A DNA stretch of 64,000 bases from an uncultured Nitrospiraceae bacterium (GTDB lineage: Bacteria > Nitrospirota > Nitrospiria > Nitrospirales > Nitrospiraceae), in assembly GCA_963706325.1 (NCBI GenBank), contig CAVPLT010000001.1, positions 544,001-608,000 on the forward strand. The letters run 5' to 3'. Positions 52,234-61,158 of this stretch are shown piece after piece (the first letter of the stretch is position 1; every line of letters begins with the position of its first letter). The notes beneath the pieces are model-generated. The model ran no database searches and was not told the origin of the DNA. It saw only the letters and a program-made list of their open reading frames with translations. A program made the translations under genes and the position numbers.

Positions 52234-52240
52234 TAAACCC

Positions 52241-52546
52241 ATGGAGTTGATCATGGCGACATCAAATGGATTGAAAGACAAACCAAGACACAATGACCCG
52301 AATTATTTCTCAACTTTTTCGACGGAGCACAGCTGTGGGCGGTGCGGCGGACTCTTAGTGCAGGACTTCTGCACGGATCTGCTCAATAGCACCGGTGAGC
52401 TTGATTGCTCGACTGCGCGTTGCGTGCAGTGTGGTGATGTCGTCGATCCGGTCATTCACCGGAATCGGCATCTCCAGCAAACCGCTGGCACGGTTCGGGA
52501 CACGAAGGCGTCGGTGTCATCGGCTCACAGTCGGTTCTCGATCTAA
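52241..52546 (+). CDS. zinc-ribbon family copy 3
   Basis: CGRCGG...DLL..TG...RCVQCGDVVDPVI.RNR; the start may be 52253 (GGAG SD). Confidence 0.8.
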   Translation: MELIMATSNGLKDKPRHNDPNYFSTFSTEHSCGRCGGLLVQDFCTDLLNSTGELDCSTARCVQCGDVVDPVIHRNRHLQQTAGTVRDTKASVSSAHSRFSI

Positions 52547-52596
52547 TGGCTCAACCCGCCGGGGTTGTCGAGGGTTCTTAACCAAGGAGGTTTCTC

Positions 52597-53559
52597 ATGC
52601 GGAGTCTAGCGGTTCTTCAGGTGGGATGGGGAATAGTGTTCATGGCGGGGTCAATGTCCCTGGCTGTGGCGGCGGATACCGCCGGCGACAATAAGGACAT
52701 GGTGCTCATTCCGAAAGGTGAGTTCTCCATGGGTAGCAACGAACACTCAGATGAGGTCAAGCACCAAGTCGTGCTCGATACGTACCTGATCGATAAGTTT
52801 GAAGCCTCCAATACGCGATACAAAGAATTCATGACGGCCACCGGCCATCCCGCACCGGCCTACTGGGACGATCCACGCCTGAGCAAGCCTAATCAGCCTG
52901 TGGTCGGGGTGAGCTGGACGGATGCGAATGCTTTCTGCAAGTGGGACGGCAAACGGCTGCCGACCGAGGCGGAATGGGAGAAGGCAGCCAAGGGTCCGGA
53001 CGGCGATAACCATTATCCCTGGGGTCACCACCTCGATCCGAAGAAGGCCAACTATGGGCAAAACGTTGGTCACACCACGCCGGTCGACTCGTATCCTGAG
53101 GGCGTGAGTGGATATGGCCTCTACAACATGGCGGGAAATGTCTTTGAATGGGTCGAAGACTGGTATGACCCGAAGTTTTACAAAAACAGCAACGCCCTGA
53201 ACCCTCGCGGGGCCGAGAAGGGCTACAACTTTGCTAATCAAGGCCCGGTGAGAGTGTTGCGTGGTGGCTCGTGGTTGGCTCCCGAGACCTCACTGCATAC
53301 CAGCCATCGGTTCTGGAATCAGCCGGAGAATAACTCCTACGGCGTCGGCTTGGGATTCCGTTGCGCAAAATCGGCCCAGACGGTCTCGGACGAATCCGTG
53401 CAGGTGGGACGCGATGCATTTATTCAGGCCTTAGTGGCCATGGGGGCCGAGAAGAATGCTGATGCGATGGCCTCCATCGAGAAGGCGCTGGCGGCCGATC
53501 CGAACAACAAGGAATACGTGGCGACCCGCGAGCTCATCAAGAAGAGCACGAAGAAGTAA
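52597..53559 (+). CDS. secreted FGE-sulfatase-fold (SUMF1/EgtB/PvdO-like) protein 1 with TPR-like tail
   Basis: [33 protein letters not shown] and GFRC motifs; signal peptide; SD AAGGAGG. Confidence 0.9.
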   Translation: MRSLAVLQVGWGIVFMAGSMSLAVAADTAGDNKDMVLIPKGEFSMGSNEHSDEVKHQVVLDTYLIDKFEASNTRYKEFMTATGHPAPAYWDDPRLSKPNQPVVGVSWTDANAFCKWDGKRLPTEAEWEKAAKGPDGDNHYPWGHHLDPKKANYGQNVGHTTPVDSYPEGVSGYGLYNMAGNVFEWVEDWYDPKFYKNSNALNPRGAEKGYNFANQGPVRVLRGGSWLAPETSLHTSHRFWNQPENNSYGVGLGFRCAKSAQTVSDESVQVGRDAFIQALVAMGAEKNADAMASIEKALAADPNNKEYVATRELIKKSTKK

Positions 53560-53626
53560 CTCGCAGGCGAGGAGGGGGGCGGTACACCCGCCTCCCTGCC
53601 GGAGCCCTCAGGGGAGGAAGTCAGAA

Positions 53627-54685
53627 ATGAATATACTCGAAGGTTTAATCGGTGCGGGGCTGATGGTGGGAATTACCATGCTCACCGGGACCGCTCATGG
53701 GGAAGACAAGCTGCCGCCATCGGACATGGTCTATGTCGGGCATGGTCCATCAGTCATGGGACTGGACAAAGCGCAAACGGCTGATTCGGGCCGATGGCTC
53801 ACGGCCTACGACAAACGAATGAAGAAACCCTGGTCCGCCGAGGCGTTCCACGACGAAGGGCCGGCCCACATGGTGTTCTTGGACGCGTTCCTCATCGACA
53901 AGTACGAAGTGGCGAATAAGGATTACGGCGACTTCATTAGGGCGACCGGCCATCCGGCCCCGGCCTATTGGGATGATCCCCGTTTGAACAAGCCGCAGCA
54001 GCCGGTCGTCGGAGTCAACTGGTACGATGCCAAAGCGTATTGCGAATCTCGCGGGAAGCGGCTGCCGACGGAAGCCGAATGGGAGAAAGCGGCTCGTGGT
54101 CCACACGGCAACCTCTATCCCTGGGGCAACGATTTCGATTCGGCAAAAGCCAACTACAACCGGCATCAGGATGCGACCTGGCCCGTGGACTCGCACCCGG
54201 ACGGGGCCAGCTACTATGGCCTGTATAACATGGCGGGCAATGTCTTCGAGTGGGTCGCGGATTGGTATGATCCGCAGTATTACGGGAGGCTGCAGACCAT
54301 GGTGAATCCAACCGGTCCCGACAAGGCAGTGTGGATGGGGGGCACCGGCACCTATGTAGACCGCTTGACGGTAGGCGAGAAGCGGGTCATCCGTGGCGGT
54401 TCTTGGATCGCGCCGGAAGGCACGATCCGCTCGACCCACCGGTTCTGGAATCATCCTCTCAACAACAGTTACGGTGTAGGACTTGGCTTTCGTTGCGCTC
54501 AAGCAGCGCCGCCTGAGCTGGAACAACGTGTCAGGGACAGTTACATCACTGCCTTGGTGGAAATGGGACGCCAGCGATTTGTTGAAGCCCAACAAGCCGT
54601 CAACCGTGGGCTGACCCTGGACCCCAAGAATATTGAATTGTTGGAGCTTCGACCTCTCACTGAACAATCGATGAAGCGGCCGTGA
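53627..54685 (+). CDS. secreted FGE-sulfatase-fold protein 2 with TPR-like tail
   Basis: Same motifs; signal peptide ending AHG-E; GGAGG SD before ATG 53627. Confidence 0.9.
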   Translation: MNILEGLIGAGLMVGITMLTGTAHGEDKLPPSDMVYVGHGPSVMGLDKAQTADSGRWLTAYDKRMKKPWSAEAFHDEGPAHMVFLDAFLIDKYEVANKDYGDFIRATGHPAPAYWDDPRLNKPQQPVVGVNWYDAKAYCESRGKRLPTEAEWEKAARGPHGNLYPWGNDFDSAKANYNRHQDATWPVDSHPDGASYYGLYNMAGNVFEWVADWYDPQYYGRLQTMVNPTGPDKAVWMGGTGTYVDRLTVGEKRVIRGGSWIAPEGTIRSTHRFWNHPLNNSYGVGLGFRCAQAAPPELEQRVRDSYITALVEMGRQRFVEAQQAVNRGLTLDPKNIELLELRPLTEQSMKRP

Positions 54686-54741
54686 AGAGTCAGGGCGGCT
54701 GGTGGTGGCGGCCCAATGTTCCACATGACGGAGGCAGAGGC

Positions 54742-55110
54742 ATGACGCACTCAAGAACAATGGCCCTGATAGGTGGTCTGACGATGTGGCTTACTCCAGT
54801 GATCCTCCAGGCCGGTCCGATCGAGGCCAGCCGCCACCCGCATCCGAAGAATATTGAGATGGTGCATCGGGCGGAACATAGCGTGGACCATGCCTGGGAG
54901 GTGTACCATCGTGCGGCGTTGGGAGGCACGGTGGCGTCCCCGGATCTGCAAGCCCGAATCGAACAACACCTGCATGAAGCCAGAACGCTTGTGCCCCAGG
55001 CGCAAGAGGCCGTCGAACGAGGAGACAGTCCCAAAGTGGAGCGTCTTGTAGGCAAAATTAAGCATCATACGGCCCAGGCAATCCAAGGGAGCAAGGAGCA
55101 GAAGAAATGA
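54742..55110 (+). CDS. secreted His-rich helical protein (SmbP-like metal binder, inferred)
   Basis: Signal peptide LQA-G; 10 His in the mature part. Start uncertain (54682, 54742 or 54760). Confidence 0.7.
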   Translation: MTHSRTMALIGGLTMWLTPVILQAGPIEASRHPHPKNIEMVHRAEHSVDHAWEVYHRAALGGTVASPDLQARIEQHLHEARTLVPQAQEAVERGDSPKVERLVGKIKHHTAQAIQGSKEQKK

Positions 55111-55970
55111 CACCAGGTCTGAGCAGGACAAGAGTCAAATGGAGACGGCTCGGTCTACTCATGACGGCAGCCTGTGCCGTCTCAGTATCATCGGTTCTCG
55201 CATCGCCGGCCTTCAAGGAACCTGATCCGGTTCCCATGGCGACCATTCCCGCCGGACCGTTCCTAATGGGCAGTCAGAATCCGAAGGGGCGAGCCGATGA
55301 GTGGCCCCAGCGAACCGTCGACATCGATGCGTTCGCCATCGATCGCGTGGAAGTGACCAACGAACGTTACATGACGTTTGTTGCAACGACAGGCCACCGA
55401 AGCCCGCCGAACCCCTATGGCACCGGCCTGTTAGTGTCTGCAAAAGGCATCGAACAGCTGCCTGTCGTGCAGGTCACCTGGTACGACGCAAAAGCCTATT
55501 GCGCCTGGGCCAAGAAGCGCCTGCCCACGGAAGCGGAGTGGGAAAAAGCCGCACGCGGCACAGATGGGCGTCATTTTCCGTGGGGCGAGGATCAGCCGTC
55601 CCAGACCAGGTCGAATTTCGACCGGGAATGGGACGGTGAGAAGACTTTTCATGCGGTCGGCTCCTTGCCTGGCGGCAACTCACCCTACGGCATCCAGGAT
55701 ATGTCGGGCAATGCGCGGGAATGGGTGCAGGATTGGTACGATCCCGACTATTACTCGAATGCACCGGAGAAAAACCCGCAGGGACCCGAGAAGGGCGTAG
55801 TACGTGTGATCCGTGGAGGGTCCTGGCACAGCCCCATATCGGACATCACGGCCACTGCGCGCGGACGAGGGGGGTTTGCCTTACAGACGCACGGGACAGG
55901 CTTCCGGTGCGTTCGAGGTGGAGAAGGTCAGGTCCAGAGTAAGTCCAACTCGCTGGGAGCACTGAAGTGA
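55107..55970 (+). CDS. secreted FGE-sulfatase-fold protein 3
   Basis: [40 protein letters not shown] and GFRC motifs; ATGA overlap. Confidence 0.9.
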   Translation: MTPGLSRTRVKWRRLGLLMTAACAVSVSSVLASPAFKEPDPVPMATIPAGPFLMGSQNPKGRADEWPQRTVDIDAFAIDRVEVTNERYMTFVATTGHRSPPNPYGTGLLVSAKGIEQLPVVQVTWYDAKAYCAWAKKRLPTEAEWEKAARGTDGRHFPWGEDQPSQTRSNFDREWDGEKTFHAVGSLPGGNSPYGIQDMSGNAREWVQDWYDPDYYSNAPEKNPQGPEKGVVRVIRGGSWHSPISDITATARGRGGFALQTHGTGFRCVRGGEGQVQSKSNSLGALK

Positions 55971-56159
55971 CCGGAATGGACGGATGTCGGATGAACGGAA
56001 GCGGTTGGTTGTTCCCTGGTGGAGGCGTCGCTACTCCGCACGGCGCTTCCCATGAGGAGGATGGGTCCTTCCCTTGGGAGGGACTCGTCCCCTCGGTGAG
56101 CCACAGGACCACCAGCAGCGAGCGGGGAGATTCTTCAGAACACTGACGAGGAGACTTCC

Positions 56160-56288
56160 ATGATCTACATGTTGGTCTATAGCATCCCAGCCATCACGCT
56201 GAGTATCGGGGTGACTGTCATGTCGCGGCGGCAACCAGCCTGCGCGGTCGTTCGGCAGGCCGGACTCGGAAGACCTCGTGTCCGGTAG
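56160..56288 (+). CDS. 42-aa single-TM peptide
   Basis: GAGGAG SD; MIYMLVYSIPAITLSIGVTVM followed by an Arg-rich tail. Confidence 0.5.
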   Translation: MIYMLVYSIPAITLSIGVTVMSRRQPACAVVRQAGLGRPRVR

Positions 56289-56379
56289 CGCATGTGTGCG
56301 TGTCGGATTGTGTCACATTCGAGCTCGGTGATCATTCCAGGTGTGGAGTCGTTGACAGTTCTCGCACTCGGAGGTTCCA

Positions 56380-56742
56380 ATGGAAACACGTGGGACACCG
56401 GACACGTCTTCTTCTGCAGCTCCGCATGCCGGCCACGCCACCTGCGCCCGCTGCGGTGGGTTGTTGCTTGGGCAGCACTATATGGATTTGCTCGATGATA
56501 CCGGCCAGATCGACATTACGGCCTGGCATTGCACGATGTGCGGCGAGGTCGTCGACGCGGTCATTCTGAAGAACCGCCAGAGCCCGCCGCCGAATTTGCT
56601 CTACGGAACCAAAGCGCGCAAGTTCAGCCAGCGGGTGACGGACATTGTGGACAGCAGTGGCTCGGATGATTCCTCCAATGAGACGGAGGCATCGCAAGCG
56701 AAAGACAAATCGTCCGAAGAGTCTGATGAAGAGGGTGCGTAG
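56380..56742 (+). CDS. zinc-ribbon family copy 4 with acidic tail
   Basis: GGAGGT SD; CARCGG...DLLDDTG...WHCTMCGEVVDAVILKNR. Confidence 0.8.
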   Translation: METRGTPDTSSSAAPHAGHATCARCGGLLLGQHYMDLLDDTGQIDITAWHCTMCGEVVDAVILKNRQSPPPNLLYGTKARKFSQRVTDIVDSSGSDDSSNETEASQAKDKSSEESDEEGA

Positions 56743-56778
56743 TTAGCGGACAGCTGCTGTAAACGGGAGGATGGGCCG

Positions 56779-57690
56779 ATGAAAATCGTCGTGACCGGCG
56801 GAACGGGGTTTATCGGTCGTCCTCTTGTCGACGAGTTAGCTCGCCTGGGGCATGAAGTGGTTGTCTTGTCGAGGACGGCCGACCGCGATCCTCGGCCGTC
56901 CGTCAGGTTTGTGAGAATGGGATGCGCGTTCGGTGGGACCCTGGCAAGCCGAGCTTCTGTCGACGGATGCCGTCGTGAATTTAGCCGGCGAACCGATCGC
57001 TGAAGGACGATGGACGGAGGCCCGAAAGCGAGTTCTGGTCGCGAGCCGCATTGTTGCCACGAGGCTTGTGGTGACGGCGTTGGCTGCACGGTCTCGCGCT
57101 CTTCCTGTGTCTGATCAGCGCGTCCGGCATCGGCTTTTACGGTGCCAGCGACGATCGTCTCCTGGATGAACATTCTCCACTTGGTCAGGGGTTTCTGGCC
57201 GACCTGTCGTCGGTCTGGGAGGGAGAGGCGCTACGCGCCGGTGAGTCTGGGGCGCGTGTCGTGTTGCTGAGACCAGGCATGGTGCTCGAACAGGATGGTG
57301 GGGCATTGCCCAAGATGTTGTTGCCGTTTCGCTTCTTCGCTGGGGGGCCGATCATGCCTGGCACGCAGTGGGTTTCCTGGATCCACCGGAGTGGATCTTA
57401 TCGGCTTGATCAACTGGGCCATCACGACGCCGACGGTCTCGGGTCCTGTGAATGCGGTGGCTCCAGAGTCGCTCACGATGAAGACGTTCTGTGCGACTGT
57501 CGGGAAGGTCCTCCATCGTCCGTCGTGGTTTCCTGTTCCTGGTCTGGCGTTACGACTGGCGCTGGGTGAGTTGGGAACATTGATGACGACCGGTCAACGG
57601 GTCAATCCGGCCAAGGCGCTTGCGGGCGAGTACGTCTTTCGTTATCCGACGCTGGAGCCGGCCTTACGGGCGATCGTAGCAAAGGGATAA
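56779..57690 (+). pseudogene. TIGR01777-like NAD-dependent epimerase with three +1 frameshifts (possibly sequencing errors)
   Basis: VTGGTGFIG, VVNLAGEPI, ISASGIGFYG, WIHR, GPVNAVAP and FRYP motifs lie in successive frames; extra bases near 56914, 57110 and 57390. Confidence 0.85.
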
Positions 57691-57706
57691 GCGAGGAGGC
57701 CTGGGC

Positions 57707-58190
57707 ATGAGCCTAACCATTGAGCCGGTGATGCAGTATCTGCACGCGGTCGCCGTCGCCATTCTGCTGGGGAAGGTTGTGTTGTTGTCGTTCGTGGTGG
57801 CGCCGATCCTTGCGAAGAATTTGGAACGGGAGGCATTTGGGAAAGTCGTTCGGGAACTATTCCCCGCCTATTATAGGTTAGGCATGGCTACGGCTGCTGT
57901 GGGGCTGGTATCCGTGACCGGTCTCTTGACCCTCCAAGGTCTCAACCCATCCCTGCTGGCCGCAGGGGGGCATTTGGCTGGTGATCCTGGCCGCTGAGTC
58001 TTACTGCCGGTCGCCGCTGACCCCACAGAGCAATGCAATGAGAGATCGATTGAAGGAGCAGGAACAGCGTGGCGCCGTCGATGCTCGGCTGCAGGTAGCC
58101 TGGAGTCGATTGCATCAACGATCGATTTACCTCAATTCGATCGTGCTGCTTGGGGGACTCAGTTTATTGGGAGTTGCACGTCAATTTTAA
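57707..58190 (+). pseudogene. DUF4149/TMEM205-like membrane protein, frameshifted at a G run (~57966)
   Basis: SFVVAP..FGKV...LFP.YY, then RLHQRS..LN in the next frame. Confidence 0.75.
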
Positions 58191-58212
58191 TTTCTACGAA
58201 GGGAGACCGAGC

Positions 58213-58701
58213 ATGCATAAATCCATCGACACCAGGGCATATGTAGCGTTGGGACTTTTGGGCGTCATTCTCCTTCAGCTCGCCTCCGCGGATGGCTGAG
58301 GTCGAGGGCGGCTGACGAACAAACCACTCCTGGATCGCGGGCACGGCCGGCACCTGGCTCAGAAATCACGATGCCCGATGGCGTCATCGGGGTGTCGCTG
58401 CATGTCGGGGCTGAACGGGTGGGCGATACCGCGGTGCTGTATATCGCGCATGTTTTGCCTGAGGGTCCGGCGCAGCAGGCGGGACTCAAGCAAGGTGATG
58501 AGGTGACCACCGTGGATGGCGCTGCTCGTCACCGGAAAAACCTACGAGCAAGTGGCCCTAATGGTACGAGGCGCGCCGGGATCGATGGTGAAGTTGGGAG
58601 TGAAGGGTGAGGGTGGCTTGCGCGAGATCTCTGTCACACGTGTGGCGGGACAATCCCTTTACAAGGGTCAGATGGGATCCCATGGCAGCTCTTCTCGATA
58701 G
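58213..58701 (+). pseudogene. secreted PDZ-domain protein with two frameshifts
   Basis: Signal-like N-terminus; GVIGV, GPAQQAGLKQGDEV..VDG, then VRGAPGS.V.L in the next frame; breaks near 58290 and 58521. Confidence 0.75.
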
Positions 58702-58708
58702 GTGAGCC

Positions 58709-59234
58709 ATGAGAACGATCATTGGGGTGCTTGGATTGTTCGGAATCTTGGCCGTGAGTTCGACCCTTGGAGGCTCACGGCCAAGTGACCACGGCGTCAC
58801 AGCTGTCTCACGGCGAGAAGACGAACATATATCTGATGGCCGGCGACTATCGCCGGGCGTTGGAGGTGTGCGAGCAAGCGATTCAGGAGATGCCGTCGGC
58901 CGAAGCCTACCTCCGTCTCACCTATGTCTATCAGGCGATCGATGCGTACCTTGAGCAGCTGTCTCAGGACGAGAGTTGGATGGCCGTCGAACAATTGTAT
59001 TTGAACCTCGCTTACCGGCATACGGAAGATCTCGTCGATCCGCCCGGCGGGCTGGCGCGCATGGCAAAAGAGATGATTCAAACGAGTGTCCGGCAGCAGT
59101 CCGACGTCAGCGCAGCGATGGCCGTGCGGCTGGATAAGGCGGAGGCTGATCGTCTCTGGCAGGAACAGACGCAGTGGCGGAAAGCACATCCCACCACGTG
59201 GTGGCGGGCATTTCCAGGGGTCTGGGGTCGATGA
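58709..59234 (+). pseudogene. secreted helical/TPR-like protein, frameshift near 58767
   Basis: Signal peptide in the 58709 frame; body AGDYRRALEVC... in the 58767 frame. Confidence 0.65.
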
Positions 59235-59281
59235 AGAGGAGGCCTCCTCCCAACATAAGTCCTCGGGAGGAGATCCAAATA

Positions 59282-59713
59282 ATGAACCAGGACACAGCTG
59301 ACCGCGGACGTGATGTCAAACTGTTCGGAGCCTTATTCATCCTGGTGGGATTGGTCGATATGCTCATTATCGAATTCTTCCCAAACTATGCGCTCAAGCT
59401 GTTCGGCCTCACGATTACCGGGCCTTTGGCCTATCCTGTCAAACTACATTCCCCGGCGGTTCACTTTTTGATCGGGTATGGATTTGTATTTCTGCGCCCC
59501 TGGGCCTGGGGGTTGGCGATGGCCTATGGAGGATTCGGGCTCACGAGTGAATTCATGAATCAGCTGCAGTTTGGTTTTCATTATCTGCGAACGGGCTTTA
59601 TGGCTGCGACATTCCTGTTTCTCTGTTACGCGGCGTGGCGGCGGACTCTGTTTGTCGATACTGTGCCTCCGGCTCACCGGCGGGCTTCTTCCACACCAGA
59701 GGTGCCCTCGTGA
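59282..59713 (+). CDS. 4-TM membrane protein
   Basis: GGAGGA SD; hydrophobic helices; IGYG...LRPWAW. Confidence 0.75.
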   Translation: MNQDTADRGRDVKLFGALFILVGLVDMLIIEFFPNYALKLFGLTITGPLAYPVKLHSPAVHFLIGYGFVFLRPWAWGLAMAYGGFGLTSEFMNQLQFGFHYLRTGFMAATFLFLCYAAWRRTLFVDTVPPAHRRASSTPEVPS

Positions 59714-61158
59714 AAGGGTTGGTGTGGTTTCGTCGTGATCTTCGTGTTCGTGATAACCCCGCCCTATCGGCGGCGTGCAAGGACTGTCGGGAGATCGTGC
59801 CCTTGTTTGTCTTTGACGAACCGTTGCTGCAATCGCATGTGTTTGGATCCGCTAGCGTCGGCTTCATGCTGGGTTGCCTGGAGGAGTTGCGAAGCTCGTT
59901 GGCAAGTCTCGGCCTCACACTCGCGTGGCGGATCGGCCAGCCAATCGACGCCGTGATGCAGGCTGCGGCAGATTTTGGAGTGGATGCGGTCTACTGGAAT
60001 CGTGATTATGAACCGGCAGCCCTGGAGCGGGATCGCACGATCGAGCTCCGTCTCACACAACAGAGCCGGGCGGTGAAGACCTTCAAGGACCACGTCGTGT
60101 TCGAGGCCGATGAAGTGCGTGGAGTCACCGGCGAACCCTTCCAACGCTACAGCGCCTACCGTGATCGGTGGTGGGTCAAGTGGCGGGCTGCCACACCGCT
60201 CGAACTCGACGTCCCGACATTCGAGGCGACGAAGTCAGGTGCCTCTGCTCCAGAGGTATCGCCGTGGCCTTCGGCGGAGGATCTGGGATACCAGACGGTC
60301 TCGATGTGGATCGAACCAGGTGAGCTGGCGGCGCGCGCCAGACTCCGATGGTTCCTGCGAGGACCAATCCATGCCTATGTCAGTGGCAGGAATCTCCCGG
60401 CGATCGACGGCACGTCCAAGCTGTCTCCGCACTTGCGCTTCGGAACTATTTCTGCGCGCACCGTGATTCACGCGGCGCTGAACACCCTGTCGAAAGACGG
60501 TCCGGTGTCGCGCGCCGATGTCTTCACGTGGATGGATGAGCTTGTCTGGCGGGAATTTTTTCAGCAAGTCCTGATGGCGTTTCCTCGCGTGTCCGAAGGG
60601 CCTTTCAAAATCAAACCCGGGCTTCCCTCAGCGAGAGGCGCGGGGCCTGAACGCGATCGATTATTTGCCGCCTGGTGTCAGGGACGGACGGGCTATCCGA
60701 TCGTGGACGCCGGTATGCGCCAATTGAATCAGACCGGTTGGATGCACAACCGCGTTCGGATGGTCGTCGCCTCGTTCCTGGTCAAGGACCTCCGCATCGA
60801 GTGGCAAAGCGGTGAGCGCTATTTCATGCGGCAGCTTGTCGACGGCGATCTGGCGGCCAACAACGGCAACTGGCAATGGTGCGCCTCGACCGGAACGGAT
60901 GCGATGCAGGGCTATCGGATTTTTAATCCCATGTTGCAAAGCGAGAAATTCGATGGCGAGGGTAATTACATTCGACGATACGTGCCGGAGCTCACCGGCG
61001 TGCCGGTGAAATGGATTCATGCGCCACACCTCATGCCACAGGGTGAACAAGACCGTGTCGGATGCCGCATCGGCATGGAATATCCGGCGCCCATTGTTGA
61101 TCATCGCCAAGCTCGTCAGGAATACTTAGACTTCGGAAAACGTCAGGTGGCGACATGA
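59710..61158 (+). CDS. phrB: deoxyribodipyrimidine photolyase (class I CPD-like)
   Basis: WFRRDLRV.DNPAL, TSKLSPHLRFG, TGYPIVDAGMRQL..TGWMHNRVRM and NNGNWQW motifs; GTGA overlap. Confidence 0.93.
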   Translation: MKGLVWFRRDLRVRDNPALSAACKDCREIVPLFVFDEPLLQSHVFGSASVGFMLGCLEELRSSLASLGLTLAWRIGQPIDAVMQAAADFGVDAVYWNRDYEPAALERDRTIELRLTQQSRAVKTFKDHVVFEADEVRGVTGEPFQRYSAYRDRWWVKWRAATPLELDVPTFEATKSGASAPEVSPWPSAEDLGYQTVSMWIEPGELAARARLRWFLRGPIHAYVSGRNLPAIDGTSKLSPHLRFGTISARTVIHAALNTLSKDGPVSRADVFTWMDELVWREFFQQVLMAFPRVSEGPFKIKPGLPSARGAGPERDRLFAAWCQGRTGYPIVDAGMRQLNQTGWMHNRVRMVVASFLVKDLRIEWQSGERYFMRQLVDGDLAANNGNWQWCASTGTDAMQGYRIFNPMLQSEKFDGEGNYIRRYVPELTGVPVKWIHAPHLMPQGEQDRVGCRIGMEYPAPIVDHRQARQEYLDFGKRQVAT

